A DNA stretch of 64,000 nucleotides from Gammaproteobacteria bacterium (GCA_050306135.1 JBNLGQ010000040.1:14385-78384); one strand, 5' to 3'; shown: positions 30,464 to 39,451, counted from the stretch's first letter. Numbers and translations: made by a program. The notes: generated from the letters alone by a model not told the origin.

Positions 30464-30479
30464 TGGCCCAATATATGCA
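30464..30479 (+). promoter_or_regulatory. Sigma-54 promoter
   Basis: TGGCCCAATATATGCA with GG-N10-GC spacing, upstream of a PEP-CTERM gene. Confidence 0.7.
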
Positions 30480-30514
30480 TTAACTGATAATGACTACTAC
30501 TTTCGAGATGTAAA

Positions 30515-31138
30515 ATGAAAAAAATTGTTTGTTTGTTTGTTTGTTTGTTCGTTGGATCAGCTAATGCAGGGCTAATTCAGATGGATCAGGGAGACCTTTA
30601 TTCTACTCAATATGATGTAGGTGGTATGGGAACAGGCCGTGGTATCGGTTTTGATGTAACCACCGATTTCCATATGTCATCTTTAGGGATTGACCTAAGT
30701 GTAACTTCAGCAGCTTTAGGTGTTTTATATGAGTTTGAAGTCTATGCTTCAACAGATGGACATACAGCAGGAAGTTTGCTTGACAGTCAAGACTTCAGCT
30801 TAATAGAAGGTCAAGGATGGCTTGATGTAGCCGTTGATTTTGACTTTTTAGCTGGAGACTCATATGTCATTAACTTTTCTCGTACTGATGATGCCCGTTT
30901 AATTGGACTTGGTACTCATTACTCCTGGGAACCATCTTCGCATTTTGACTATGGAGTATTAACTACAGTGGAAGGGTTTGAAGGTGCATTTCCAAACTCT
31001 AGTAATCCACTAAGTGCTCATTTTAGAATTGAAACTGCAGAGGCCTCAGTACCTGAGCCCTCCATCCTTGCTCTTATGGGTCTTGGTTTAGCAGGACTGG
31101 GTTTCGCTCGTAGAAGACGCCGTAGCTTCCAATCTTAA
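30515..31138 (+). CDS. PEP-CTERM sorting domain protein
   Basis: Signal peptide ending ANA; C-terminal VPEPSILALMGLGLAGLGFARRRRR. Confidence 0.95.
   Translation: MKKIVCLFVCLFVGSANAGLIQMDQGDLYSTQYDVGGMGTGRGIGFDVTTDFHMSSLGIDLSVTSAALGVLYEFEVYASTDGHTAGSLLDSQDFSLIEGQGWLDVAVDFDFLAGDSYVINFSRTDDARLIGLGTHYSWEPSSHFDYGVLTTVEGFEGAFPNSSNPLSAHFRIETAEASVPEPSILALMGLGLAGLGFARRRRRSFQS
30525..30548 (+). repeat. (TTGT)6 tetranucleotide repeat within signal-peptide codons
   Basis: Six perfect TTGT units encoding IVCLFVCLF. Confidence 0.9.
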
Positions 31139-31200
31139 TACCCCTTCTTATCCTGCGGCAACCCATGGTTGTCAACGATTTACACACTGTACGAAGAATA

Positions 31201-31227
31201 AGCCATCTCATTTGAGGTGGCTTTTTT
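31201..31227 (+). terminator. Intrinsic terminator after the PEP-CTERM gene
   Basis: AGCCATCTC-ATTT-GAGGTGGCT followed by a T tract. Confidence 0.8.
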
Positions 31228-31304
31228 ATTTATACAAAAGGCAAGTTTGTATCGACTTCAGAGATAGCAAATACTGATGCGAATGACAACTTCACTACAT
31301 TCCC

Positions 31305-31498
31305 GTCATCGCTTAAATCTAGTTTGTCAGCAAACAGACCAATACTCGGATAGGGTTATCTTCTGTCACGCATTCATACAGGCTTAAGGGAAATATGTCG
31401 CCTGGGTACACCAACTACTCCCTGAACAAATCGTGTCATGGGGCCTCCTATATTTGCTTATATTTATTATTCGAAAATATGAGTTTTTACACACCCTC
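31305..31498 (-). pseudogene. Decayed IS1182-family transposase 5' fragment with its left end
   Basis: End GAGGGTGTGTAAAAACTC (31498-31481), GGAGG RBS, ATG 31439; frameshift-corrected MTRFVQGV..TQATYFP.LSLYECVTEDNPIRV.IGLFADKLDL resembles IS1182 transposase N-termini. Confidence 0.7.
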
Positions 31499-31690
31499 GG
31501 TCGACACCAGACTTCCACTATATATGACAGCTTCCTGGAACAGGATAGGAAATCATATTTCAATCGGGAAAATCCAGTTTAGTTCGAGCCCCTACGGCTA
31601 TCTTCCTATTTTGTCAGAAAACCTTACCTGGCAAACGAGCTGTGCCCATGTGACAAATTTTATGGATAAAGGTGACAGAGTATCTTTTGT

Positions 31691-32491
31691 CTATTCGGCT
31701 ATGTTAATTGATGCCACCATATCATCATGAATCCATTGCTTGAGATAACTGGCTGCCGTCATCGCAACCGCATCTTCACCAATCCACTCCAGTAAACCTT
31801 CACAGAGTTCGGCAAAGTTACTGCCATTGCTGGCTGCTTCAATGGCCCATGCTTCAGGTACTTCCAATGAGCGCCAGTTGGGTTTTAGATTGTTGCGCCA
31901 CATTAACCAGCGTGTAGGCTGTTGTGTAGTTTGCTTTTCGATGAGTTCTTCATCTTTATCAAGCGCAACCCAGTAAGGCGGGACATTCCAGAAAAGATCC
32001 AGCCATCTGACCGATGGGTTTAGATTTAAAGAGACAGCTGGCCACAAACTGAGGTCGAGTACTGCCATATCCTCCAGAGTAAAATGCCGCTCACTTTCTA
32101 GCGCATCAAAACACAGCCCCTGATTCCATTCAAATTGTGCGAGCTCTGACAGAAATGATTTATCCGGGTGACCACTGTGCTGCAGAAATTCAACCATATG
32201 CTGCCCTACCCAGCGCACCGAAGGATGTTCAGAAGGGTAACGTTTCAGGTAATCGAGTACCAGGTATTCAAAGGCCTCTTCCCCCAGCGTTTTCTGTACG
32301 GCGCTAAAATCCTCGGCCAGTACATCGATAAGTCGAATGCGATAGGCATTGTAATAGGCCCCCAGTCGATGTTCTGCCAGTGCATCTTTTGTGCTGACTA
32401 TATCCTGTACGAACAGCTCTGACCTGCCTTCAAGATAATCCTGAAACCGTAGTTGTATGGCACGTAGTTCCTGGTCTGTATTGGTCATCAC
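31691..32491 (-). CDS. DUF2063 family MNIO partner protein (BufC/HvfC-like)
   Basis: RLGAYYNAYRIRLIDVL, LGEEAF, ELAQFEW; overlaps the DUF692 gene stop. Confidence 0.88.
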   Translation of the reverse strand: MMTNTDQELRAIQLRFQDYLEGRSELFVQDIVSTKDALAEHRLGAYYNAYRIRLIDVLAEDFSAVQKTLGEEAFEYLVLDYLKRYPSEHPSVRWVGQHMVEFLQHSGHPDKSFLSELAQFEWNQGLCFDALESERHFTLEDMAVLDLSLWPAVSLNLNPSVRWLDLFWNVPPYWVALDKDEELIEKQTTQQPTRWLMWRNNLKPNWRSLEVPEAWAIEAASNGSNFAELCEGLLEWIGEDAVAMTAASYLKQWIHDDMVASINIAE

Positions 32492-33333
32492 TTAGCCCCC
32501 TTATAATAGGGTTCCGCGATTGCTCGTGCCTGATTGAGTTCTTTGATGACTTCGGCTAGTGGTGGAATATTTGCATCACGTTCTATCATAGTAGAGACCG
32601 GGCCCAACAGCTGGGCTGTTTTTTCATAAAGCTCCCATACCGGGTCAATGATAGGTTCATCGTGAGTGTCGATGATGAGATTGCCGGTATTTTGGTGACC
32701 GGCCAGGTGGTGTTGCCAGACGCGTTCTGCGGGTATGCCCTGTAGATATTCCATGGCATCAAAATGATGGTTATAACTGCTGACATAAATATTGTTTACA
32801 TCCAGCAGAATATAACAGTCTGCTTTTTCCGCTACGGCTGTTAAAAATTCCCATTCGGTCATAGCATCCGAGGTATAGGTTATATAGCTTGACAGATTTT
32901 CAATCAGCATCTGTCGGCCCATGTAGTCCTGTACCTGTGAGATCCGATCGGCAAAGTGGTTAACCGATGCTTCTGTGTAGGGCATGGGTAACAGGTCGTG
33001 CATATTTTTATGATCGACACCCGTCCAGCACAGGTGGTCAGAAAACCACATGGGTTCAATGCGTTCGATCAGGTTTCTAAGTTGTTTTAGATAATCGTAA
33101 TTGAGTGGGTCAGTGCTACCGACAGACATGGATACTCCATGCATGACCATGGGGTAGTCCTGACGAATTTTATCCAGAAAGTAAAGTGGTTTGCCGCCAT
33201 CGATCATGTAATTTTCTGAAATGATTTCAAACCAGTCGATTTCTTTAGGCTTTTGTTCAAGCACATCCTGATAGTGATCAGTACGGAGCCCGAGGCCAAA
33301 TCCGAGGAATGGTTTATTGCTGTTATTATTCAT
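32488..33333 (-). CDS. DUF692 multinuclear non-heme iron oxidase (MNIO, BufB/HvfB-like)
   Basis: GLGLR, WFEIISENYM, HGVSMS, SDHLCW, HDLLP, IENLSSY, LDVNNIYV, HLAGH, IDTHD, IERD. Confidence 0.95.
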   Translation of the reverse strand: MNNNSNKPFLGFGLGLRTDHYQDVLEQKPKEIDWFEIISENYMIDGGKPLYFLDKIRQDYPMVMHGVSMSVGSTDPLNYDYLKQLRNLIERIEPMWFSDHLCWTGVDHKNMHDLLPMPYTEASVNHFADRISQVQDYMGRQMLIENLSSYITYTSDAMTEWEFLTAVAEKADCYILLDVNNIYVSSYNHHFDAMEYLQGIPAERVWQHHLAGHQNTGNLIIDTHDEPIIDPVWELYEKTAQLLGPVSTMIERDANIPPLAEVIKELNQARAIAEPYYKGAK

Positions 33334-33452
33334 TGCTGATGATCAGGTTTAGCATGAAAGAAGTCAGTAAGTGTAACAACAATACTGCTGCTGTGTATTT
33401 GATCTGGGTTATTTTCGTTAAATTCATTTGCTTTGGACTCTGCTCAATACCC

Positions 33453-33479
33453 AAAAAAACACCGCTCCGAGGAGCGGTG
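33453..33479 (-). terminator. Intrinsic terminator between precursor and MNIO gene
   Basis: Minus strand CACCGCTC-CTCG-GAGCGGTG followed by T7. Confidence 0.8.
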
Positions 33480-33515
33480 ATAATTTACTTGGGGAGGGAA
33501 TTTTAAATCAAAGAA

Positions 33516-33764
33516 TTAACCTTCGAATTTTCCACCTGCAGCATCGCAATCAGATTTGGTTGCCTTAACCCAACCCTGACCTTTACAGGAATTTTGACCA
33601 GCACAGCTGGTTGTTGCTGTAGCACAGGCGCTTGTGCCTTTACAGCTATTGCCACCGATACATTTACCTGAGTCCATCGCTGAAGCGTTCATAGGAGCTA
33701 CTGAAAACATGGTTGCAGCTGCTGCTGCCAAAGCGAAGCCTGAGATTTTTTTTGCTGTATTCAT
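33516..33764 (-). CDS. Bufferin-type (BufA2-like) Cys-rich RiPP precursor with Sec signal peptide
   Basis: Signal MNTAKK...ASA; core with 6 Cys and repeated CxGxNSCKG; directly upstream of DUF692/DUF2063. Confidence 0.85.
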   Translation of the reverse strand: MNTAKKISGFALAAAAATMFSVAPMNASAMDSGKCIGGNSCKGTSACATATTSCAGQNSCKGQGWVKATKSDCDAAGGKFEG

Positions 33765-33827
33765 GGGATATATCCTCATTGGTTAATAGTTTAAATTGTT
33801 GTCATGGTAATGACCATATACACCGCT

Positions 33828-33854
33828 TTAGAGAAAGGTCTTTTGAGGAAGTTC
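33828..33854 (-). promoter_or_regulatory. SigmaE/AlgU-type ECF promoter for the RiPP cluster
   Basis: Minus strand GAACTT-N16-TCTAA, about 65 bp upstream of the precursor ATG. Confidence 0.7.
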
Positions 33855-33928
33855 AGTGAGTTGTTAAAAAAAATTAATATTTATTAAAATTTCTGATTAG
33901 CCCTTATTTCAGTCATATCAATATTCAC

Positions 33929-34080
33929 AAGATATTTACCACAGAGATACAGAGACCACGGAGAGGAAATGTTAGGCAGGTAATGAGTCATCATTAATCG
34001 AAACATCGGTTTTATACCTGAGTAGCCTTTTGAGCTCTCTGGCTTAGTATTTCAGTCTCGGTGTACTCTGTGTTCTCTCA
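33929..34080. repeat. CACAGAG-type inverted-repeat element, copy 1
   Basis: ACCACAGAGATACAGAGACCACGGAG ... CTCGGTGTACTCTGTGTTCTCT; homologous to 62785-62955. Confidence 0.75.
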
Positions 34081-34142
34081 TGAAACAAATCGTAGCTCAT
34101 TGTTTCTAAGAAGTAATTTACAGGGGTTCCCACGGAGGACCA

Positions 34143-34387
34143 CGCTACTGTCCGAGATAATTTCTGCGTGTTTCAAAAGTGTTATAACAACCACTATTAC
34201 ATCGTCATTACCCAGCTTGACTGGGTAATCCAGTGCGATGGCAGGGTATTCGAAACCGGTTGGATTACCGGATCAAGTTCGGTAATGACGAGCATTTATA
34301 TTTAAGTCTCCGTCTAACTATCGCTTCTGAACAACTAGTCACTATTGCCCGATTCCAGATCCAACTCAACCATTCCGGACAGTAGTG
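34143..34387. mobile_element. 245-bp MITE (IS4-like architecture) inserted into a REP hairpin, 10-bp target duplication
   Basis: TIRs CGCTACTGTCCG / CGGACAGTAGTG (11/12); flanks CGGAGGACCA (34133-34142) and CGGAGAACCA (34388-34397). Confidence 0.75.
34202..34291. repeat. Inverted doublet of GTCATT-type palindromic repeats inside the MITE
   Basis: TCGTCATTACCCAGCTTGACTGGGTAATCCA and TGGATTACCGGATCAAGTTCGGTAATGACGA. Confidence 0.8.
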
Positions 34388-34413
34388 CGGAGAACCATGG
34401 GAACGAGTAAAAT

Positions 34414-34505
34414 AAGATAACCACGAAGCTCACGAAGGCCACGAAGAAGGTATCAAATAATATTCTCTCTGTGCTCTCAGTGTCCTCTGTGGTGAATTCT
34501 TTTAA
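34414..34505. repeat. CACAGAG-type element, copy 2
   Basis: ACCACGAAGCTCACGAAGGCCACGAAG ... CTCTGTGCTCTCAGTGTCCTCTGTGGTGAATTCTTTTAA. Confidence 0.7.
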
Positions 34506-34556
34506 TTGCGTCAGATTAGCTGGAGTATCAGTTGAAGATAAGGCCAGGCTATAAAC

Positions 34557-35072
34557 CTAATATTGAGGCGTTCTGATAATCATGGTTTCACCACGCTGAA
34601 CCAGTTCCAGATTTTTTAGAATATTCATACCCAGTAATATTTCATCACTTTGATACCCTGGGTTGATAGTGGCGAGTACATCGTTAAACTCGATTAAACC
34701 AATGCGCAACATATCTAGTCTACTGCGATAGGCAGTGGTCGTTCCATTGGCTGTCTCTACAGTAACAGGTAAGCCTTTATGTAATCCCAGGCGCTGAGCT
34801 ATGTTCTCAGGGATGCTGGTGGTTGTTGCCCCGGTGTCGATCAGGAAGGTCACTTTCTGTCCGTTGATTTCTCCATCCAGTACATAGTGTCCATAACGAT
34901 TACGTTGCAGTTCAATCTGATAAAATCCATCATTGGTGACGGTCTTTACCGACTGATTGGGATTGTTTTGTTGCTCCAGTATCTGTTGAAATAGCAGTGC
35001 AAGTAGAAAAAAACCCAGAATCCAGCCCAGCCAGGTAAACGTATTGCCTAATTTTCGAGTAGAATGTTCCAT
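34557..35072 (-). CDS. Clan AA aspartic protease (TIGR02281 type)
   Basis: N-terminal TM, GHY..G.ING, FLIDTGA, TANG, LLGMN. Confidence 0.9.
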   Translation of the reverse strand: MEHSTRKLGNTFTWLGWILGFFLLALLFQQILEQQNNPNQSVKTVTNDGFYQIELQRNRYGHYVLDGEINGQKVTFLIDTGATTTSIPENIAQRLGLHKGLPVTVETANGTTTAYRSRLDMLRIGLIEFNDVLATINPGYQSDEILLGMNILKNLELVQRGETMIIRTPQY

Positions 35073-35130
35073 ATCGATATGATTGTGGCTTACAGCCCAT
35101 AAATCAACATAATAAATTTAAGAGAGTTTT

Positions 35131-36231
35131 ATGTCTGGTAACAGTTTTGGAAAATTATTTGTTGTCACCTCATTTGGTGAAAGCCATGGCCCAGCCATCG
35201 GCTGTATCGTGGATGGCTGTCCTCCGGGGCTGGAGCTATCCGAGGCTGATTTGCAGCAGGATCTGGATCGACGCAAGCCGGGCACTTCACGTCATACTAC
35301 GCAACGTCGAGAAGCTGATGAGGTGAAAATCCTCTCTGGTGTGTTTGAAGGTAAGACCACGGGCACCTCAATTGGTTTACTGATAAACAATACTGACCAG
35401 CGCTCCAAAGACTATGGCAATATCATGCACCAGTTCCGTCCCGGGCATGCTGATTATACCTATACCCAGAAGTATGGCTTTCGTGATTATCGTGGTGGTG
35501 GTCGATCATCAGCGCGTGAAACCGCGATGCGTGTAGCCGCGGGTGGTATTGCCAAGAAGTATCTGGCTGATAGGTTTGGCATCAGGATTCGTGGCTACCT
35601 TTCTCAGTTAGGACCAATCAAGCTGGAGTTAAAGGACTGGGATGCCGTGAACGATAATCCCTTTTTCAGTCCAGATCCCGACAGAGTTGAAGAGCTGGAA
35701 CTCTACATGGATGCCTTGCGTAAGGAAGGTAACTCCATTGGTGCTGCAGTAACCGTGGTCGCAGAGGGCATACCTCCCGGATTGGGTGAACCGATTTTTG
35801 ATCGTCTTGATGCGGAAATTGCACATGCGATGATGAGTATTAATGCGGTAAAAGGTGTGGAGATTGGCGCGGGCTTTGAGTGTGTTACCCAAAAAGGCAC
35901 CGAGCATCGCGACGAGATAACCCCTCAAGGGTTTCTGTCTAACCATGCAGGTGGCATTCTCGGTGGGATTTCTTCAGGTCAGGATGTCGTGGTGAATATT
36001 GCGCTTAAGCCAACTTCCAGCTTGCATTTGCCTGGACGTTCGGTAGATGTGGATGGTGAACCGGTTGAGGTAATCACCAAAGGTCGACACGATCCCTGCG
36101 TTGGCATACGTGCGACACCTATAGCCGAAGCCATGCTGGCCATCGTATTAATGGACCATATGTTACGCCATCGTGCACAGAATGCCGGGGTAGAGTGCTC
36201 TACACCGATCATACCCTCTTCAGCCAAGTGA
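35131..36231 (+). CDS. aroC: Chorismate synthase
   Basis: [27 protein letters not shown]. Confidence 0.98.
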   Translation: MSGNSFGKLFVVTSFGESHGPAIGCIVDGCPPGLELSEADLQQDLDRRKPGTSRHTTQRREADEVKILSGVFEGKTTGTSIGLLINNTDQRSKDYGNIMHQFRPGHADYTYTQKYGFRDYRGGGRSSARETAMRVAAGGIAKKYLADRFGIRIRGYLSQLGPIKLELKDWDAVNDNPFFSPDPDRVEELELYMDALRKEGNSIGAAVTVVAEGIPPGLGEPIFDRLDAEIAHAMMSINAVKGVEIGAGFECVTQKGTEHRDEITPQGFLSNHAGGILGGISSGQDVVVNIALKPTSSLHLPGRSVDVDGEPVEVITKGRHDPCVGIRATPIAEAMLAIVLMDHMLRHRAQNAGVECSTPIIPSSAK

Positions 36232-36241
36232 GATCTGATTG

Positions 36242-36595
36242 ATGACATTGATATTGAATGGTTTGCTGGTGTTGATCGCCATTTCGCATATGTTTTTTCT
36301 TTTGCTTGAAATGCTGTGGTGGACCAGGCCCATTGGGCTTAAGGTATTTCGCATGTCTCCGGAAAAGGCGGATATCACGAAAGTTCTGGCTGCAAATCAG
36401 GGCCTGTACAATGGTTTTCTGGCCGCTGGGCTGGTATGGGGGCTTTGGTCACAGGTATTTTCTGTGCAATTGTTTTTTTTAGGCTGTGTCTTTATTGCCG
36501 GAGTATTTGGTGCGCTAACTGTGAGCAAACGCATATTCTGGATTCAGGGGCTTCCTGCTTTACTGGCGCTGTTAATCCTGATTCTGGCTAAATAA
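36242..36595 (+). CDS. DUF1304 family membrane protein
   Basis: LAANQGLYNGFLAAGL, AGVFGALT. Confidence 0.85.
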   Translation: MTLILNGLLVLIAISHMFFLLLEMLWWTRPIGLKVFRMSPEKADITKVLAANQGLYNGFLAAGLVWGLWSQVFSVQLFFLGCVFIAGVFGALTVSKRIFWIQGLPALLALLILILAK

Positions 36596-36612
36596 TTTTA
36601 CGAGATTGAAAA

Positions 36613-36891
36613 ATGAAAAAGCGCTACCTGATCATTCCTTTATTGCTATTACTAGCTGCCTGTAGTGAAGAGCAGCAAAATAAAATCTCGCGTCTGGGTG
36701 TTTCCTGGCTGGAAGGCAATTATAAAGTGACCTATGCCGATGGCAATCATGTGAAAAGCTGGATCATCAGAGATGGCAAAGTTACTTCGGAACCGGGTAA
36801 GGGCTATTATTATTTCTGGGTGACGAATAATGGTAAAAAGCAATATGTTCAGACTCCAATTGCCAGGTCTTATATAGAAGAAATTGACTAG
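36613..36891 (+). CDS. Small lipoprotein of unknown function
   Basis: Lipobox LAAC after a basic/hydrophobic leader. Confidence 0.75.
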   Translation: MKKRYLIIPLLLLLAACSEEQQNKISRLGVSWLEGNYKVTYADGNHVKSWIIRDGKVTSEPGKGYYYFWVTNNGKKQYVQTPIARSYIEEID

Positions 36892-36913
36892 CCGCAGTTA
36901 GTACATTTCCTGT

Positions 36914-38041
36914 ATGCAAAAAAAGTACTGGCGTTTATCACGCTTTTATTTCTTCTATTTTGCCAGTCTAGGTGCTCTGATACCTTTCTGGACTGTGTAT
37001 CTGGATAGTCTCGGTTTTTCGTCTTTGCAGATCGGGCAGTTAATGGCAACGCTTGCGCTTAGCAAGGTCGTTGCTCCTTATTTATGGGGCTGGGTTGCTG
37101 ATCGGACCGGCTATCATATCCGCATCGTGCAGTTGACTTCATTGTTATCTTTGCTGTGTTTTCTGCCTCTGCTCTGGTATGACAGCTTCTGGAGCCTTTT
37201 ATGGCTGATGCTATTGTTCAGCTTTTTCTGGAACGCCTCTTTGCCCCAGTTTGAAGTCGTCACACTGAGCCAGTTGGGTAGTGATAAAGATCGTTACAGT
37301 CAGATTCGATTGTGGGGGTCTTTGGGGTTTATCGTCACTGCGGCTATGCTGGGAGGTCTTTTCCAGACGCTGTCGATCAATTTTCTGCCTGTCATTTTAC
37401 TCATAATTTTTTCTTTTATCTGGTTATCGACATTACCGGTGAAAGAACACAAAGCAGCCGCTGAAACAGATTCCAATATTCTTACAGTTTTAAGAAAACC
37501 ACAGGTGATGGCTTTATTAGTCAGCTGTTTTTTTCTACAGGCCAGCCATGGCCCGTATTACACTTTTTATTCCCTGTACATGGAAAGCCTGGATTATTCA
37601 CGTTTCAGTATCGGGCTGTTGTGGTCTTTAGGGGTATTGGCTGAAGTGGTTTTATTTATGTTCATGCCGCAGTTACTGAAGATTCGAGCGGCGGCATTCT
37701 GGTTGGTAGTGGCTTTTGCATTGACCAGTTTACGTTGGGTATTGATGGCCTGGTTTTCTGATGTATTGATACTGGTGATACTCATTCAATGTTTACATGC
37801 AGCGAGCTTCGGCCTTTTTCACGCGACTTCGATTTATCTAATTCAGCAGTATTTTCCCAACCATCATGGTCGAGGGCAGGCACTGTATGCCTCGGTTAGC
37901 TTTGGTGCAGGTGGTGCGTTAGGCAGCTTTTTTGCGGGTAGTTTGTGGGAAAGTGTTTCACCACAGATGACATTTATGGTTGCAGCTGTGACCTCATTTA
38001 TCGGTTTACTGGTTGCTTTGCAGGTGCAGAAAAACGCATAG
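36914..38041 (+). CDS. MFS transporter (HcaT/PPP-like)
   Basis: About 12 TM segments, WGWVADRTG, IRLWGSLGF; usual aroC neighbour. Confidence 0.88.
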   Translation: MQKKYWRLSRFYFFYFASLGALIPFWTVYLDSLGFSSLQIGQLMATLALSKVVAPYLWGWVADRTGYHIRIVQLTSLLSLLCFLPLLWYDSFWSLLWLMLLFSFFWNASLPQFEVVTLSQLGSDKDRYSQIRLWGSLGFIVTAAMLGGLFQTLSINFLPVILLIIFSFIWLSTLPVKEHKAAAETDSNILTVLRKPQVMALLVSCFFLQASHGPYYTFYSLYMESLDYSRFSIGLLWSLGVLAEVVLFMFMPQLLKIRAAAFWLVVAFALTSLRWVLMAWFSDVLILVILIQCLHAASFGLFHATSIYLIQQYFPNHHGRGQALYASVSFGAGGALGSFFAGSLWESVSPQMTFMVAAVTSFIGLLVALQVQKNA

Positions 38042-38099
38042 ATACTGAGAATATGAGCGCAGCAAAGCAGCAATCTCTTTGCTGCGCTAATGGAATTAG

Positions 38100-38477
38100 T
38101 TACTGGTATTCGAAGGACTGGCTGAGGATGACGTTTCTTTCACCATCTAGTACATTGACTGTCCAGGTGCCACTCCAACCGGGTTGCAGAGATTTACTGG
38201 TCCATACCCTCCAGCGTGCTCCTCCTACATCAAATGATTTCTCAAACATGACGACATCGTTGTATAGCCATTGATGAGTGACAGTTTGTCCCTGTAGCTC
38301 GGTGAGTTCGGTGAAAAAAATAATGTTTGTATTATCTGTAGATAGTGTTTCTATTAGATCAACCGGTTCGCGGTCCACTATGGCGCTGGTAAACTGGCTA
38401 CGGCTGACACTTCCGGCCATCAACTGCGTGCTGATAAACAGGCTTAATATAAAAAGGCTAGTAATAATTTTTTTCAT
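38100..38477 (-). CDS. DUF2914 family exported protein
   Basis: Signal peptide, QFTSAIVDREP, HQW, RWRVWTSK, GTWTV. Confidence 0.8.
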   Translation of the reverse strand: MKKIITSLFILSLFISTQLMAGSVSRSQFTSAIVDREPVDLIETLSTDNTNIIFFTELTELQGQTVTHQWLYNDVVMFEKSFDVGGARWRVWTSKSLQPGWSGTWTVNVLDGERNVILSQSFEYQ

Positions 38478-38578
38478 GCTTATCCCTTCCTGTGAATTAA
38501 TAACGGGCTTTAATATAGCAAGTTTTTAAATGAATGCCATGTTTGATAAGGGATTGCGGCGATGAATAGAGTAGAAGG

Positions 38579-39451
38579 CTAGGTTGCAAACTGCTGAATG
38601 GTTTTCAGCATGGCCTCTACGGCACGTGAGTGACTGCGCCGGGGGTTGATCACAATACCAAGCTGACGGCTACAGTTGAATTCGCTTATATCCAGAGCTA
38701 TAACACTGTGATCGACCATGCTCATTGGCAAAATACTCCAGCCCAGGCCGACCGAAACCATCATTTTAATGGTTTCCAGATAGTTGGTTTCCAGACTGAT
38801 TTTAAGTTCATCCTTAAAAGAGGCTAGTGCAGTTTCAATTGCCTCGCGGGTAAAGGTGCCATGTGAGGGCAATATTGCCGTATGCTGAGTGAGCATTTTC
38901 AGCTCGGGTTTATCGACCTGAGTCAGGGCATGGTTACTGGAGCAGACAATTTTTAATTCATCTATCCATACGGTCTGATAATCCAGTGCAGCGGATGTGG
39001 CGAATGGGAGGGTGACTACTGCCAGATCCATTTGATTCTGTTCTATCAGCGTACATGCCTGTTCCGAATCCATAAAATGTAGATCAAGATCAACCTCGGG
39101 GTATTCGGCAGAATAGGCTCGCAGCACCGGAGGCAGGCGATGTAGACCAATATGATGACTGGTTGCCATACTCAGCGAGCCCATAGGGTTACCCTCCATG
39201 TCGGCTATCTGCTGACGTATGGATTGCAGGTCGAGCATGATTTGACGGGCCTTTGGCAATAGCAGTTCTCCAGTACGCGTCAGATTAAGCTGTTTGCCGA
39301 TGCGATCAATTAGGTGAGTGCCGAGCTGCTCTTCCAACTGTTTAATGCGTTTACTGATGGCAGGCTGAGTTAAAAACAGCTGTTCCGCAGCCACTGAAAA
39401 GGAACGGGTTTCTGCAACCTTGATAAATGCCTGAAGGTTGGCGGTATCCAT
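38579..39451 (-). CDS. LysR-family regulator divergent from leuC
   Basis: HTH SFSVAAEQLFLTQPAISKRIKQLE; ATSHHIGLHRLP. Confidence 0.93.
   Translation of the reverse strand: MDTANLQAFIKVAETRSFSVAAEQLFLTQPAISKRIKQLEEQLGTHLIDRIGKQLNLTRTGELLLPKARQIMLDLQSIRQQIADMEGNPMGSLSMATSHHIGLHRLPPVLRAYSAEYPEVDLDLHFMDSEQACTLIEQNQMDLAVVTLPFATSAALDYQTVWIDELKIVCSSNHALTQVDKPELKMLTQHTAILPSHGTFTREAIETALASFKDELKISLETNYLETIKMMVSVGLGWSILPMSMVDHSVIALDISEFNCSRQLGIVINPRRSHSRAVEAMLKTIQQFAT

Noticed and set aside
31395-31730. 111-aa plus-strand ORF
   Set aside because: It spans an IS remnant and overlaps the DUF2063 3' end, with no recognisable family.
33929-34505. Possible CRISPR array in the repeat-rich intergenic region
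   Set aside because: The repeats are inverted and nested, not identical direct repeats with regular spacers, and there are no cas genes.
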